From an uncultured Planctomycetia bacterium (GTDB lineage: Bacteria; Omnitrophota; Gorgyraeia; Tantalellales; Tantalellaceae): a DNA stretch of 64,000 bases. The position numbers and the translations under genes were made by a program. The notes beneath the pieces were generated by a model. It did no database searches. It had not been told where the DNA came from and saw only the letters and a program-made list of their open reading frames with translations. Where the stretch lies: NCBI GenBank assembly GCA_964527765.1, contig CAZGQR010000008.1:14264-78263 (forward strand), in the 5' to 3' direction. Of this stretch, positions 28,030-37,236 are shown in pieces. Within the stretch, counting starts at the first letter, position 1, and each line of letters opens with the position of its first letter.

Positions 28030-28712
28030 TGCTTTCTCCCTTCTCTTATAATGTCAAGACTTTTCCCGCCGCAGCAGAACAGTAGGTCCACGACCGACAT
28101 GTGCGGATAGAATCCGTTGAATATCTGGCTGTAACCGGGGTGCGAATAAGCCTGGAATTCAAGCGCGATCCCGCTTTTCCGGAACCGTTCTTTATCAAGG
28201 TAGTCGTCCCCGCCCGCTCCGGACACATACGTATCGGCTTTCAATTTTTCACAAATATCGACCAGTCTCTCCGTCTTGCCCGTTCCAACCCCTAAAGAAG
28301 AACTCCTGATGAGCTCCGCGCCTATTCCCAGCGTCTCTTTCAAATAACGGATGAAATGAATGTTAACATCCGCCAGGAACTCCCATTCCCTGTTAAAAGT
28401 ATCACTGAAAAACGGAAGATATTCCTTGAAATAAGGCGCGCGCGAGTAATTGAGCTCCAGCCCCTTGAGATGCTTGTTTCGCCAGGGCTGACGGCCATCT
28501 ATCCTGACGTCCTTGAGCAGCTGGCCGAACTCATACAGGACCGGCACCGTGAGCCACTGCCATCCTTCGGCATTGCGGATCTTGTTCCGGTTCTGCCACT
28601 CGTTCTTCTTGTACTGCACGTCATCCAGCAGGACAAAAACATCCGCCCGGTCCATTTTATCAAAATATCCCAGCCAGGGCAAATATTGCGGTTGATGAAT
28701 GGCTACTTTCAT
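28026..28712 (-). CDS. wbqC: WbqC-family protein
   Basis: IHQPQYLPWLGYF, DDVQY, WQNRN, WLTVP, YSRAPYF, SVVDLLF. Confidence 0.93.
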   Translation of the reverse strand: MKVAIHQPQYLPWLGYFDKMDRADVFVLLDDVQYKKNEWQNRNKIRNAEGWQWLTVPVLYEFGQLLKDVRIDGRQPWRNKHLKGLELNYSRAPYFKEYLPFFSDTFNREWEFLADVNIHFIRYLKETLGIGAELIRSSSLGVGTGKTERLVDICEKLKADTYVSGAGGDDYLDKERFRKSGIALEFQAYSHPGYSQIFNGFYPHMSVVDLLFCCGGKSLDIIREGRKQ

Positions 28713-29734
28713 GTTCTCAGAAAATACCCCTTGTTTTGAACGACCCAGTCAATGAGGGCCTGCACGCCCTCTTCGACCTTGACTTTCGGCTTCCAGCCGA
28801 GGTCCTTGCGGGCTTTTTCGATATCACAGACAAACGTTTTCTGGTCTCCCGGGCGCCAATCGTCGAAACCGTACCGGACTTTCCTGTCCAGGGACCGCTC
28901 CAGCATGGAGATCAGCTCAAGCAGAGACAGGACATTTCCCGCCCCCCCGCCTATATTGTAAGCATTCCCGCCGGCTTTACCGATCTTATCGATCGCCTTC
29001 AGATAACAATCAACAAGATCACCTATCCAAAGGATATCTCTGGTCTGTTTGCCGTCGCCGTAAATAGTGATGGGGCTTCCCAGAACGGAGCATATCGTAA
29101 AGTGCGCCACCCAGCCCTGGTCCTCCACGCCAAACTGGCGCGGCCCATAAATGCATGACTGGCGGAAATCCACAGTCCTTAAACCGTATATCCTGGCGTA
29201 ATCCACTACATATTGATCCGCGGCGCCCTTGGAACAGCCATACGGAGAATGAAAATCCAGGGTCCTGTCCTCCGGGATGCCGCGAGGCAAGGACTTATAC
29301 CGATATTTTCCCTCTTTCTCGACCACTTCCAGATCATCCATGGCCCCGTAGACCTTGTTGGTCGAAGCGTTAAGAAGGACCGCCTCCGGCCGGAACCTCC
29401 TTACGCCCTCGCATATGTTAAACGTTCCCAGGGCATTGATCTCAAAATCTTCCCTCGGGTCCGACACGGAGAGGGTCACCGCGACCTGTGCCGCCATGTG
29501 CAGGACAACATCAATGCCCTTGCAATCAGTAAAACATGCCTTGACCTGCCTAAAATCCCTTATATCCCCTTTTAAAAAAGTGAATTTCGCCCGCTGTTCC
29601 AGCCATTCAAGGTTTTTTCCGGCGCCTTTACGGGACAAGTTATCAAAAATAATGACCTCATGACCTTCTTTAAGGAACCGTTCCGCGGAGTTTATCCCTA
29701 TAAAACCGGCCCCGCCGGTGATCAAGACTTTCAT
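28709..29734 (-). CDS. NAD-dependent nucleotide-sugar epimerase (CDP-paratose 2-epimerase-like)
   Basis: GGAGFIG, AQVAVT, STNKVYG, SPYGCSK, RQSCIYG, WRPGDQ. Confidence 0.92.
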   Translation of the reverse strand: MKVLITGGAGFIGINSAERFLKEGHEVIIFDNLSRKGAGKNLEWLEQRAKFTFLKGDIRDFRQVKACFTDCKGIDVVLHMAAQVAVTLSVSDPREDFEINALGTFNICEGVRRFRPEAVLLNASTNKVYGAMDDLEVVEKEGKYRYKSLPRGIPEDRTLDFHSPYGCSKGAADQYVVDYARIYGLRTVDFRQSCIYGPRQFGVEDQGWVAHFTICSVLGSPITIYGDGKQTRDILWIGDLVDCYLKAIDKIGKAGGNAYNIGGGAGNVLSLLELISMLERSLDRKVRYGFDDWRPGDQKTFVCDIEKARKDLGWKPKVKVEEGVQALIDWVVQNKGYFLRT

Positions 29735-30912
29735 TTCCTTACCTCGCTTCCTGTTCTCGCGCTGAGCAACTCCCTGTATAACGCGTCCAGTGCGTCCACC
29801 ATTTTTTCCGCGGAATAATCGGCAAGCGCTTTTTTCCTTTCCTTCTCCCCCATGTGACGGGCCTCTTCAGTGTTGTCAAGAAGCTCATCCAGCGCTTTCG
29901 ATATGGCATCGGAAGAAGCCGACTCTATCAGAATACCGGCATTATCAAAAACAAGGGAAGAGACGCCGCCGACACGCGTCGCTATTACAGGTTTTCCCAA
30001 AAACATGGCTCCGACCAGCGTCCGCCCCATACCTTCGTTTAGCGAAGGCAGGACAAAAATATCAAGCGCGTTAAGCACGGCTCCGGTATTCTCCTGCCAC
30101 GGAATTATGTGAAATCTGTCCGTGATATCCGCGGCTGTCAGCATTTTCAGATATTTCCCGCGAAGCGGGCCATCGCCGGCTAAAAGAAAATGTATGTCTC
30201 TCTTCTTTTCCAGCTGTTTTACCGCCGCTTCTATAAAATACTCATATCCTTTTATTTCTATGAAACGCCCTATGGACCCTACCAGAACCTTGTCCGGCGG
30301 TATCCCGAGTTTTTTTCTCCAATCGACGCCGCTATTCACTTCACGTTCCAGATTTTCAAACTCTATGCCGCTGGGGATAGCGGTATAAAGATCTTCACCG
30401 CCGATCTCGTAACACAACCATTCATAACACTCCGCGCCGGTAAGGCCGATGATCTTGTCCGTTATCCGCGCGGCCATCCTCTCGGCCGATAATATCAGGT
30501 CGGTCAATATTCTTCCGAAATATTCGTAAAACACGTGCCCGTGAGGCGTAAAAACTATTTTTTCAATTCCCGCGCACCTGGCCGCGACACGGCATATGAA
30601 TCCCGCTTTATGCGAATGAGCGTGCATTATATCATATTTATTCCGGCGCATGAAACGCAGTATCTTAAAGAAAGCTATAATATCCCTTACCGGATGAACA
30701 TTTCTCACAAGGTCTTTTTGCGAAATAAAACGAACGCCCGCTTTTTTAGCCCTTTCAATAAGATCTTCATAAGGGTTTTCCGTATACCCGAATAAAAGAT
30801 CTACCGCGTATCCTTTTTGCGCGAGCCCGATAACGCTCAAAAGCGTATTCTCCGAAGAACCGCCTTTATCAAGCCTGGTAATCGCGTGTAATATTTTAAT
30901 TTTCTTTCTCAT
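29731..30912 (-). CDS. Glycosyltransferase family 4
   Basis: ITRLDKGG, KGYEY, LPSLNEGMG, GKPVIAT. Confidence 0.92.
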   Translation of the reverse strand: MRKKIKILHAITRLDKGGSSENTLLSVIGLAQKGYAVDLLFGYTENPYEDLIERAKKAGVRFISQKDLVRNVHPVRDIIAFFKILRFMRRNKYDIMHAHSHKAGFICRVAARCAGIEKIVFTPHGHVFYEYFGRILTDLILSAERMAARITDKIIGLTGAECYEWLCYEIGGEDLYTAIPSGIEFENLEREVNSGVDWRKKLGIPPDKVLVGSIGRFIEIKGYEYFIEAAVKQLEKKRDIHFLLAGDGPLRGKYLKMLTAADITDRFHIIPWQENTGAVLNALDIFVLPSLNEGMGRTLVGAMFLGKPVIATRVGGVSSLVFDNAGILIESASSDAISKALDELLDNTEEARHMGEKERKKALADYSAEKMVDALDALYRELLSARTGSEVRK

Positions 30913-30915
30913 ATA

Positions 30916-33063
30916 TTATTTCCGCAGGCGTCCTGTTTCAGCCAGCGATCCCTTTATTTCCATGAACACATCCCCGGGATCAATAAGGGAAAAACAGTCA
31001 AATTTTTTGCATTTTACCCTGCCGTTCCTGTAACAGGGGCTGCACTTGAGGTCCTTGCGGACGATCTTTGCGTGTTTTGATAAGGGACGTGTTTTCCTGT
31101 AATCCGTCGGACCGAATATCGCGACAACAGGAACATCCAGGGAAGCGGCAAAATGCATGATCCCGGAATCGTTGCCGACAACAACATCACATTTCCTTAT
31201 CAGGGAAGCCAATTGATGAAAATCGGTCTTTCCGACGGAAGAGGCAAATTTTACATCCGTCTCAGCGGCCAATTGTTCTTCCAGGCCCCTTTCGTTGCTC
31301 CCCCCGAGCAATATGACCTGGGCGTTCAGTTCTTTATGCGCCAGATCTACAAGCGCCGCAAATCCGGCTATCGGCCATCTCCTGAAATATGCCTGTTTCT
31401 CCCCGGACCCCGCATGCATGCCGATTATAATATTGCCGGTATTCATTTCGTTCTCTCTAAAAAATTCTTCAGCAAACCTTTCGTCACCTTCAATATCTAT
31501 CCTGGGATACGGCGGTAATTTCAACCCGAAATATTCGGCAAATCTCTTATGAACGTCATATTCATGAAGCGAAGGATCGGATACGCCTTTATCGGCAAGA
31601 AAAGAAAATGCCCCGGGGAGGGAAAACACCTTGCGTTTTACCGCCGCCGCGCTGAAAAAAAGCCAGCTTTTTAACCAGTCGGTATACGCGGCAGCTATGC
31701 CGATGTCGAACTTTTCCTTTCTGATATTCAGTATTTCTCTTGCCGGGCCGATAGCCCGCGGTTCCAGCAGAAGCATTTCTTCATCGGAAAAACCCAGGGC
31801 CGTTAATAATCCATAAACGACTTTCTCGCTGACAATGATCTTCACTTCACATTTTTCCTGTTCTTTCAATGCCCTGATCAGGGGATAGATAAGAATGGTG
31901 TTTCCGACCCCGCCCAGATCAAGAATAAGGGCTTTCGCGCCGGAAGCGCTTTCTCCGGCGCCTTCAAGGATGTCCAGCATCCTTTGCGCCATATCTTCAG
32001 GGTTAAACAGTGCCGCTCTTTCATGGCCGCGTTCCGCACATTGTTTCCTGGTATCTTCCTCCTCGAGCAGTTTAAGGACGGTTTCGGAGATGTTGTCCAC
32101 GTTATAAGGATCAAAGAACACGGCGGCTTCACCGAGCACTTCGGGCATCGGCCCGGCATTTGAAGCCGCCACGGGCACGCCTGCGGCCATCGCTTCTATC
32201 AGCGGTATCCCGAAACCTTCGGCCAGTGAAGGAAAAACAAGGACGGAAGCGTTTTTCAGGAAGATATATATATCGTCGTGACTGAGATTCATAACGGGTA
32301 TGATCTTCCCGCCCAACTGCTTCTCTTCGATAACCGACTTGATATTTACCGTCTCGTTCCTGGAACCGCCGACCAGCATCAGCCTGTGGGTTTCCTTTAC
32401 ATGCTCCGGCAGCAGATCAAAGGCCGAGATCAATCTCGATAAATTCTTATGCGGTTTAAAATTCCCGAGATATAGGATATACGGCTTGTGCAGATCGTAT
32501 CGCGCCGTAAGCTCCGTGATCCTTTTATCCGGTTTTTCCGGCGCCGCCGGCATTTTCACCGACGGATAGACCACCTCCAGTTTGTCCCGCTTTATCCTGA
32601 ATATCCTCGACACCCTGTCTTTTGCGTCCTCGGAAAGGGTAATGACCTTCGCCGCCCGGCGGCTGCAAAAAAAGGAATAAAATGAAAAATGCGCCTTTTC
32701 CAGTATGGCCTTGGCGCCTTTATATTTTGAGACGGTCAGCGGTATAACGTCGCACACGGTATTTACATACGGGCACACGCGCCGGAAAGGCGTTTTAATG
32801 TACGGGGAGAAAAAAACATCTATTTTTTCTCTCCCGAGCGCCGCCGGGAGCCGGAACTGATCCCACAAAAAAGTATTTTTCTCCGGGATGATGACCTTTT
32901 TGCATCCATCCGGTAAAAAAGCCGTGTCGGTGAACTGATTGCAGAACAGGACGAACTCGTGCTTCCAGGATATCCTGGCATACGTGAGAAAGTTCTCAAG
33001 GATACTGCGTATTCCCGTAAAGGTATTTTTCCGGAATTCCCGGACATCGATCCCGATTTTCAT
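30916..33063 (-). CDS. Fused GT4 + GT9 (heptosyltransferase-like) glycosyltransferase
   Basis: N-half HKNL, FPSLAEGFGIPLIEAM; C-half GGVGN, RRWP, NDSGIMHFA, AIFGPT, CSPC. Confidence 0.9.
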   Translation of the reverse strand: MKIGIDVREFRKNTFTGIRSILENFLTYARISWKHEFVLFCNQFTDTAFLPDGCKKVIIPEKNTFLWDQFRLPAALGREKIDVFFSPYIKTPFRRVCPYVNTVCDVIPLTVSKYKGAKAILEKAHFSFYSFFCSRRAAKVITLSEDAKDRVSRIFRIKRDKLEVVYPSVKMPAAPEKPDKRITELTARYDLHKPYILYLGNFKPHKNLSRLISAFDLLPEHVKETHRLMLVGGSRNETVNIKSVIEEKQLGGKIIPVMNLSHDDIYIFLKNASVLVFPSLAEGFGIPLIEAMAAGVPVAASNAGPMPEVLGEAAVFFDPYNVDNISETVLKLLEEEDTRKQCAERGHERAALFNPEDMAQRMLDILEGAGESASGAKALILDLGGVGNTILIYPLIRALKEQEKCEVKIIVSEKVVYGLLTALGFSDEEMLLLEPRAIGPAREILNIRKEKFDIGIAAAYTDWLKSWLFFSAAAVKRKVFSLPGAFSFLADKGVSDPSLHEYDVHKRFAEYFGLKLPPYPRIDIEGDERFAEEFFRENEMNTGNIIIGMHAGSGEKQAYFRRWPIAGFAALVDLAHKELNAQVILLGGSNERGLEEQLAAETDVKFASSVGKTDFHQLASLIRKCDVVVGNDSGIMHFAASLDVPVVAIFGPTDYRKTRPLSKHAKIVRKDLKCSPCYRNGRVKCKKFDCFSLIDPGDVFMEIKGSLAETGRLRK

Positions 33064-33068
33064 CTCTA

Positions 33069-33920
33069 TTATGAAGGTAAATATTTACGGCGCTTTCCCA
33101 GTTTCTTTTTTGCGCCGTCCGTAATTCCGTCCAGTATGGCAATCGCCCTTTTTATCTTACCACCGGTAATATGAAAACAAAAGTTCTTTACGCCGTGAAG
33201 GAACAGTTTTAATGCCTTAAAATACTCCCTGTACTTGATATGCACCCATAATTCATTCCTGTATGCATAGTATATGCGAAAAGGCTGGGTATATGATTCC
33301 GTTCTGACCGTTCCGATCTTCCCCTGGATTTTTCCGGAAAAATCCAGGGAATCTATCCTGCTGGAAAAAATCAGATACATCCGATATCCCGCTTTCCTGA
33401 TCCGCAGGCCGTATTCCATGTCCCCGCCGTAAAGGAAGAGGGTTTTTTCGGGAAGTCCCGTTTTCTTTACGACTTCGGAAGAGACAAGCGTCCCCCGCCA
33501 GGCGAACAGGTCCTCGATCTCAAGGATGGGTGAATCTTTTTCGCTATCCCAGGACCGCGCGCTTCTTACGGCTCCCACTTTACCCTCTTTGCCGAGCATT
33601 ATCGCCCACTTGAGCAGTTCAGCAAGAGCGTTCTTCTCGGAAACACAGTCATCATCAAGCAACCAGACATAATCGCTGTCTTCATATGCAAGTTTTATGC
33701 CTTCGCAATACCCGCCCTCGCTTCCGATGTTATCCGGAAAATGTTCGTACTTCACGAAACTAAAATATGTTTCTATCATGCTCCTTGTATCGGTTCCCGG
33801 GCTGTTGTCGATCACGTATATCCGCTCCGGCACTACTGTCTGGGCCAGCATGCTCTCCAGGCATTTTTTCAAAATATGCGGGCGGTTATACGTCACCACG
33901 ACCGCGGCGATCTTTTCCAT
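33069..33920 (-). CDS. Glycosyltransferase family 2
   Basis: VVVTYNR, IDN, NIGSEGG, WLLDDD, D.EYGLR. Confidence 0.92.
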   Translation of the reverse strand: MEKIAAVVVTYNRPHILKKCLESMLAQTVVPERIYVIDNSPGTDTRSMIETYFSFVKYEHFPDNIGSEGGYCEGIKLAYEDSDYVWLLDDDCVSEKNALAELLKWAIMLGKEGKVGAVRSARSWDSEKDSPILEIEDLFAWRGTLVSSEVVKKTGLPEKTLFLYGGDMEYGLRIRKAGYRMYLIFSSRIDSLDFSGKIQGKIGTVRTESYTQPFRIYYAYRNELWVHIKYREYFKALKLFLHGVKNFCFHITGGKIKRAIAILDGITDGAKKKLGKRRKYLPS

Positions 33921-33924
33921 CTTT

Positions 33925-34935
33925 CTACCCCTTCCCCGCATAAACGAGTATTTCGCTGCTTTGCCCGATAATTTTCAGGAGAAAACCCAACGGAAGAAAA
34001 ATCCCCCGAAGCACTTTGTTCTCTATGTTAAAAAATCCAGTTATCCAAAGAGGGGCCCCTCTTTCCTCCAGGATACGTCCAATGCCCGAGATCATGTAGT
34101 TGATATACAGGGCCTGACTGATCTTAAGCGGTTTTAACCCGCTTTTTAATACTAGTTTACTGATGGTCCTGCGATCAAAATGAAAACGGTGTCTCGGCAG
34201 GTCGTAAGCGCGCCAGCGCTTTCCGAATACAGCCATCTCTATCCTGCTTTGATTGGGGACCCTTATAACCAGCAGGCCCCCGGGTTTCAAGATCTCGCGT
34301 ATTTTTTTAAGGTCGACCAGAGGATTTATAAGGTGCTCCAGCACATGACGCAGGCTAATTACGTCGAAGAAATCACTTTTATACTCGATATCCTTAAAAT
34401 CGCCGGTGATGACGTTGAGATCTCTCACCTCGCGCGCGTAAGAAGCCTTTTTCTCCTCCAGCTCGACCCCATAGACCTCCCATCCAAGCCTTTTCTCAAG
34501 GGATAACAGTTTACCGCTGCCGCACCCTATATCCAATAATCTGCCCGGCTTATCCCTGTACGGAAAACATCTGTTCCGGTAGCGGTAAAAAGGAAAGGAA
34601 AGAATATTTTCGAAAAAATCGATCATCTGAGGCAAAAAATTCCTGTCCTCTCCGGCCAGCATTCTCCATAACAGCCTGCTATATCGCTTTGAAAGCCAGG
34701 ATTCAAAGCTGCTTACCGCCGCAACGGGTCCAGCGCTTTCAATGCCGCAGCGCTCATCCGGATAAAACTCCCGTATATCCCCGATGTCCGCGTCCGGCAA
34801 AGTATAGACCAAGCCGCAACCCCGGCATTTTACCACGCTGAACTCACCTTTTGCCTGGCCCGATCTGTCCCGGTCTTTAAAAAGCAACTCGGGATCCGAC
34901 GAACCGCACAATATACAGCTTCCTTTGACCGTCAC
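33925..34935 (-). CDS. Class I SAM methyltransferase with N-terminal zinc ribbon
   Basis: CILCG...CRGCGL, LLDIGCGSG, HVLEH, LKPGG. Confidence 0.9.
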   Translation of the reverse strand: MTVKGSCILCGSSDPELLFKDRDRSGQAKGEFSVVKCRGCGLVYTLPDADIGDIREFYPDERCGIESAGPVAAVSSFESWLSKRYSRLLWRMLAGEDRNFLPQMIDFFENILSFPFYRYRNRCFPYRDKPGRLLDIGCGSGKLLSLEKRLGWEVYGVELEEKKASYAREVRDLNVITGDFKDIEYKSDFFDVISLRHVLEHLINPLVDLKKIREILKPGGLLVIRVPNQSRIEMAVFGKRWRAYDLPRHRFHFDRRTISKLVLKSGLKPLKISQALYINYMISGIGRILEERGAPLWITGFFNIENKVLRGIFLPLGFLLKIIGQSSEILVYAGKG

Positions 34936-34959
34936 AAATAGCCCTCTCTGTAAGCTCTT

Positions 34960-36084
34960 TTATGCCAGTTCCAGATATACCCGCTCCGTTTCCCCGGCAT
35001 TTCTTTTCACGTCAAAAAGCTCTTCCGCGCGCGCTCTTGCCTTCTGTCCCATCCTGATCCTCTTCGCATCATCATTCAATAGATCCAATACGGCAGCGGC
35101 AAAGCCGTTTATATCATCCGGTTCTACCAGTATCCCCGTAACTCCGCTCTCCACTAATTCGGGGTTACCCCCGTCATCCATGGCGACAACCGGTTTTCCC
35201 GCGGCCATGGATTCGATTATCGCTCTTGAACACGCTTCCCTTTCAGTAACGTGAGCGGATATGTCAAAGGACGCTAAAAATCCGGTGACATCTCTTTTGA
35301 AACCGGTAAAGATCACATGACTGCCCAGCCCTGATTTATCCGCTATCTTTTTCAGCTCTTCCATCCTGCCGTTTTCACTGTCCGAGAATTCACCGCCTAC
35401 CACCAGAAACAGCACATCACCGGATTTTCTTAAAATAAGGGGAGCCGCTTCCAAAAAGTATTCGACCCGCTTCCTTTTGCTTAAATTAGTAAGCACGCCG
35501 ACGATTTTCCTGCTGCCCGCGTTCAATTCCTTCTTTACCTCGCCTCCATCTGTCGCGGGATTGAACCGGTCCAGATCGACCCCGTTCAATATCGTCCTGA
35601 CCTTGGAAGGGGCCTTTCCGTTCTTTTCAAACCTTTCCGCGACCGCACGGGAGTTGCATATGACCCTGTCCGGGAGAAATAAGAATCTCTTCGTTAGATC
35701 GGCTTCTCCGCCAAATATCAGATTTCTCTCATGCCACACAACGGGCACTCCCGAGATCTTCCCTGCAAGCGCGCTCAGAATATTATTCCTGGGCGTATAA
35801 GAATGGATGATATTAATCCTGTTTTTCCTGATGTATTTTATCAAAATGGACAAAACTTTCAGAATTTCAAACAGATTCCCGACATTCACCCCGGGGACTT
35901 CAAGGAACAGGACATTTACGCCCAGCTTTCTTGCTTCTCTTTCAAACTCTCCTCCGCCCGGTACGGCCAGATAGGGCTTGAACCTGGAGCCATCCAGGTT
36001 CTCCCACAGGTTAAGCAGGCTTCTCTCCCCTCCGCTCACCCCTGTCTTGTTATGGAGATATAAAATATTGAGTCTTTCGGACAT
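34960..36084 (-). CDS. Glycosyltransferase family 4
   Basis: SGGERS, NGVDL, EACSRAIIESMAAGKPVV. Confidence 0.92.
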   Translation of the reverse strand: MSERLNILYLHNKTGVSGGERSLLNLWENLDGSRFKPYLAVPGGGEFEREARKLGVNVLFLEVPGVNVGNLFEILKVLSILIKYIRKNRINIIHSYTPRNNILSALAGKISGVPVVWHERNLIFGGEADLTKRFLFLPDRVICNSRAVAERFEKNGKAPSKVRTILNGVDLDRFNPATDGGEVKKELNAGSRKIVGVLTNLSKRKRVEYFLEAAPLILRKSGDVLFLVVGGEFSDSENGRMEELKKIADKSGLGSHVIFTGFKRDVTGFLASFDISAHVTEREACSRAIIESMAAGKPVVAMDDGGNPELVESGVTGILVEPDDINGFAAAVLDLLNDDAKRIRMGQKARARAEELFDVKRNAGETERVYLELA

Positions 36085-36102
36085 GGCTTTACAAAACCCT
36101 AT

Positions 36103-37236
36103 TTACTTCTTTTGCAAACCTTTCGCATCCAGTAAAGTGTTGTATAGTTTTTCTATTTCTTCAAGCATTATCTCAGAAGAAAATCTTTGCTTGCTGATGT
36201 TTTGTCCTTCTTTCCCCATCTGTTTTGCCATCTGTTTATCTTTTAACAAAGCTATTATGGCCTCGGATAACGCTTTGGGATCTTTAGGCGGCACCAGGAT
36301 ACCGTTCACTCCATGCTTAACAACCTCGGGTATCCCTCCGATACTATTCGCTATAACCGGCTTGCCCGCAGCCATGGCCTCAATAACAGATATGCCCAGT
36401 CCTTCCCTTTCACAAGAAGTGAGTACGAATATATCCATCATCGAGAGTACCTCGGGAATGTCTCTTCTTGCGCCGGCAAAAATAACTTGAGGGGTGATCC
36501 CCAACTTCCGTGCTTCTTTTTGAAGTTCTTCTTTGAAATAACCATTGCCTATGATCAGCAATTTGGTTTTAGGAAAGAGGGGCAATAGCCTGGCTGCCGC
36601 TGAAAAAAGGTACTTATGTCCTTTGTTCGGGGTCAAAGAAGCAACTATCCCGATGATCGAATCATCCGGTTTTATCTTAAGCTGTTCTTTTTCTTCTGAA
36701 ATGTCTCCAACATTAAAAAATCTATCTGTATCCACGCCGTTATAAATGACCACCGTCTTCAGGGGGTCGATCTTTTCGTGCTCTCTTATAAAACCCTCCA
36801 CTGCTTTCGAGCAAGATATGATCTTATCGGTAAAGGTGCTTAAAAACTTTTCCATCAACACATGTCTTTTTCTATATTCAAAATAAGTGCTGTGTACATG
36901 ATTAATGATAATTTTGACCCCAGCTATTTTAGCGGCGATCCTTCCGATAACGGAGGAAAAATAACCATGGGTTTGGATCATATCTATCCCGGCTTTTCTC
37001 AGCAAAAAGACCAGCTTTAAAATATTTAAAGGGTTATGATAAGTTGAAATGTTCAAAATGCGTACTGTAATTCCTTCCTTTTCCAATTCATCGGCGATCT
37101 CCCCTCCTCGAGCGACACACCAGACTTCAAGATCATACTTTTCGCGATCCAGGCCGCGGGCTATCGCAGCAACAACATTCTCCATCCCCCCCACTTTCAA
37201 GTCTTCTGCTAACTGTAAAACTTTTATCTTTTTCAT
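36103..37236 (-). CDS. Glycosyltransferase family 4
   Basis: GGME, YNGVD, KGH, EGLGISVIEAMAAGKPVI. Confidence 0.93.
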   Translation of the reverse strand: MKKIKVLQLAEDLKVGGMENVVAAIARGLDREKYDLEVWCVARGGEIADELEKEGITVRILNISTYHNPLNILKLVFLLRKAGIDMIQTHGYFSSVIGRIAAKIAGVKIIINHVHSTYFEYRKRHVLMEKFLSTFTDKIISCSKAVEGFIREHEKIDPLKTVVIYNGVDTDRFFNVGDISEEKEQLKIKPDDSIIGIVASLTPNKGHKYLFSAAARLLPLFPKTKLLIIGNGYFKEELQKEARKLGITPQVIFAGARRDIPEVLSMMDIFVLTSCEREGLGISVIEAMAAGKPVIANSIGGIPEVVKHGVNGILVPPKDPKALSEAIIALLKDKQMAKQMGKEGQNISKQRFSSEIMLEEIEKLYNTLLDAKGLQKK

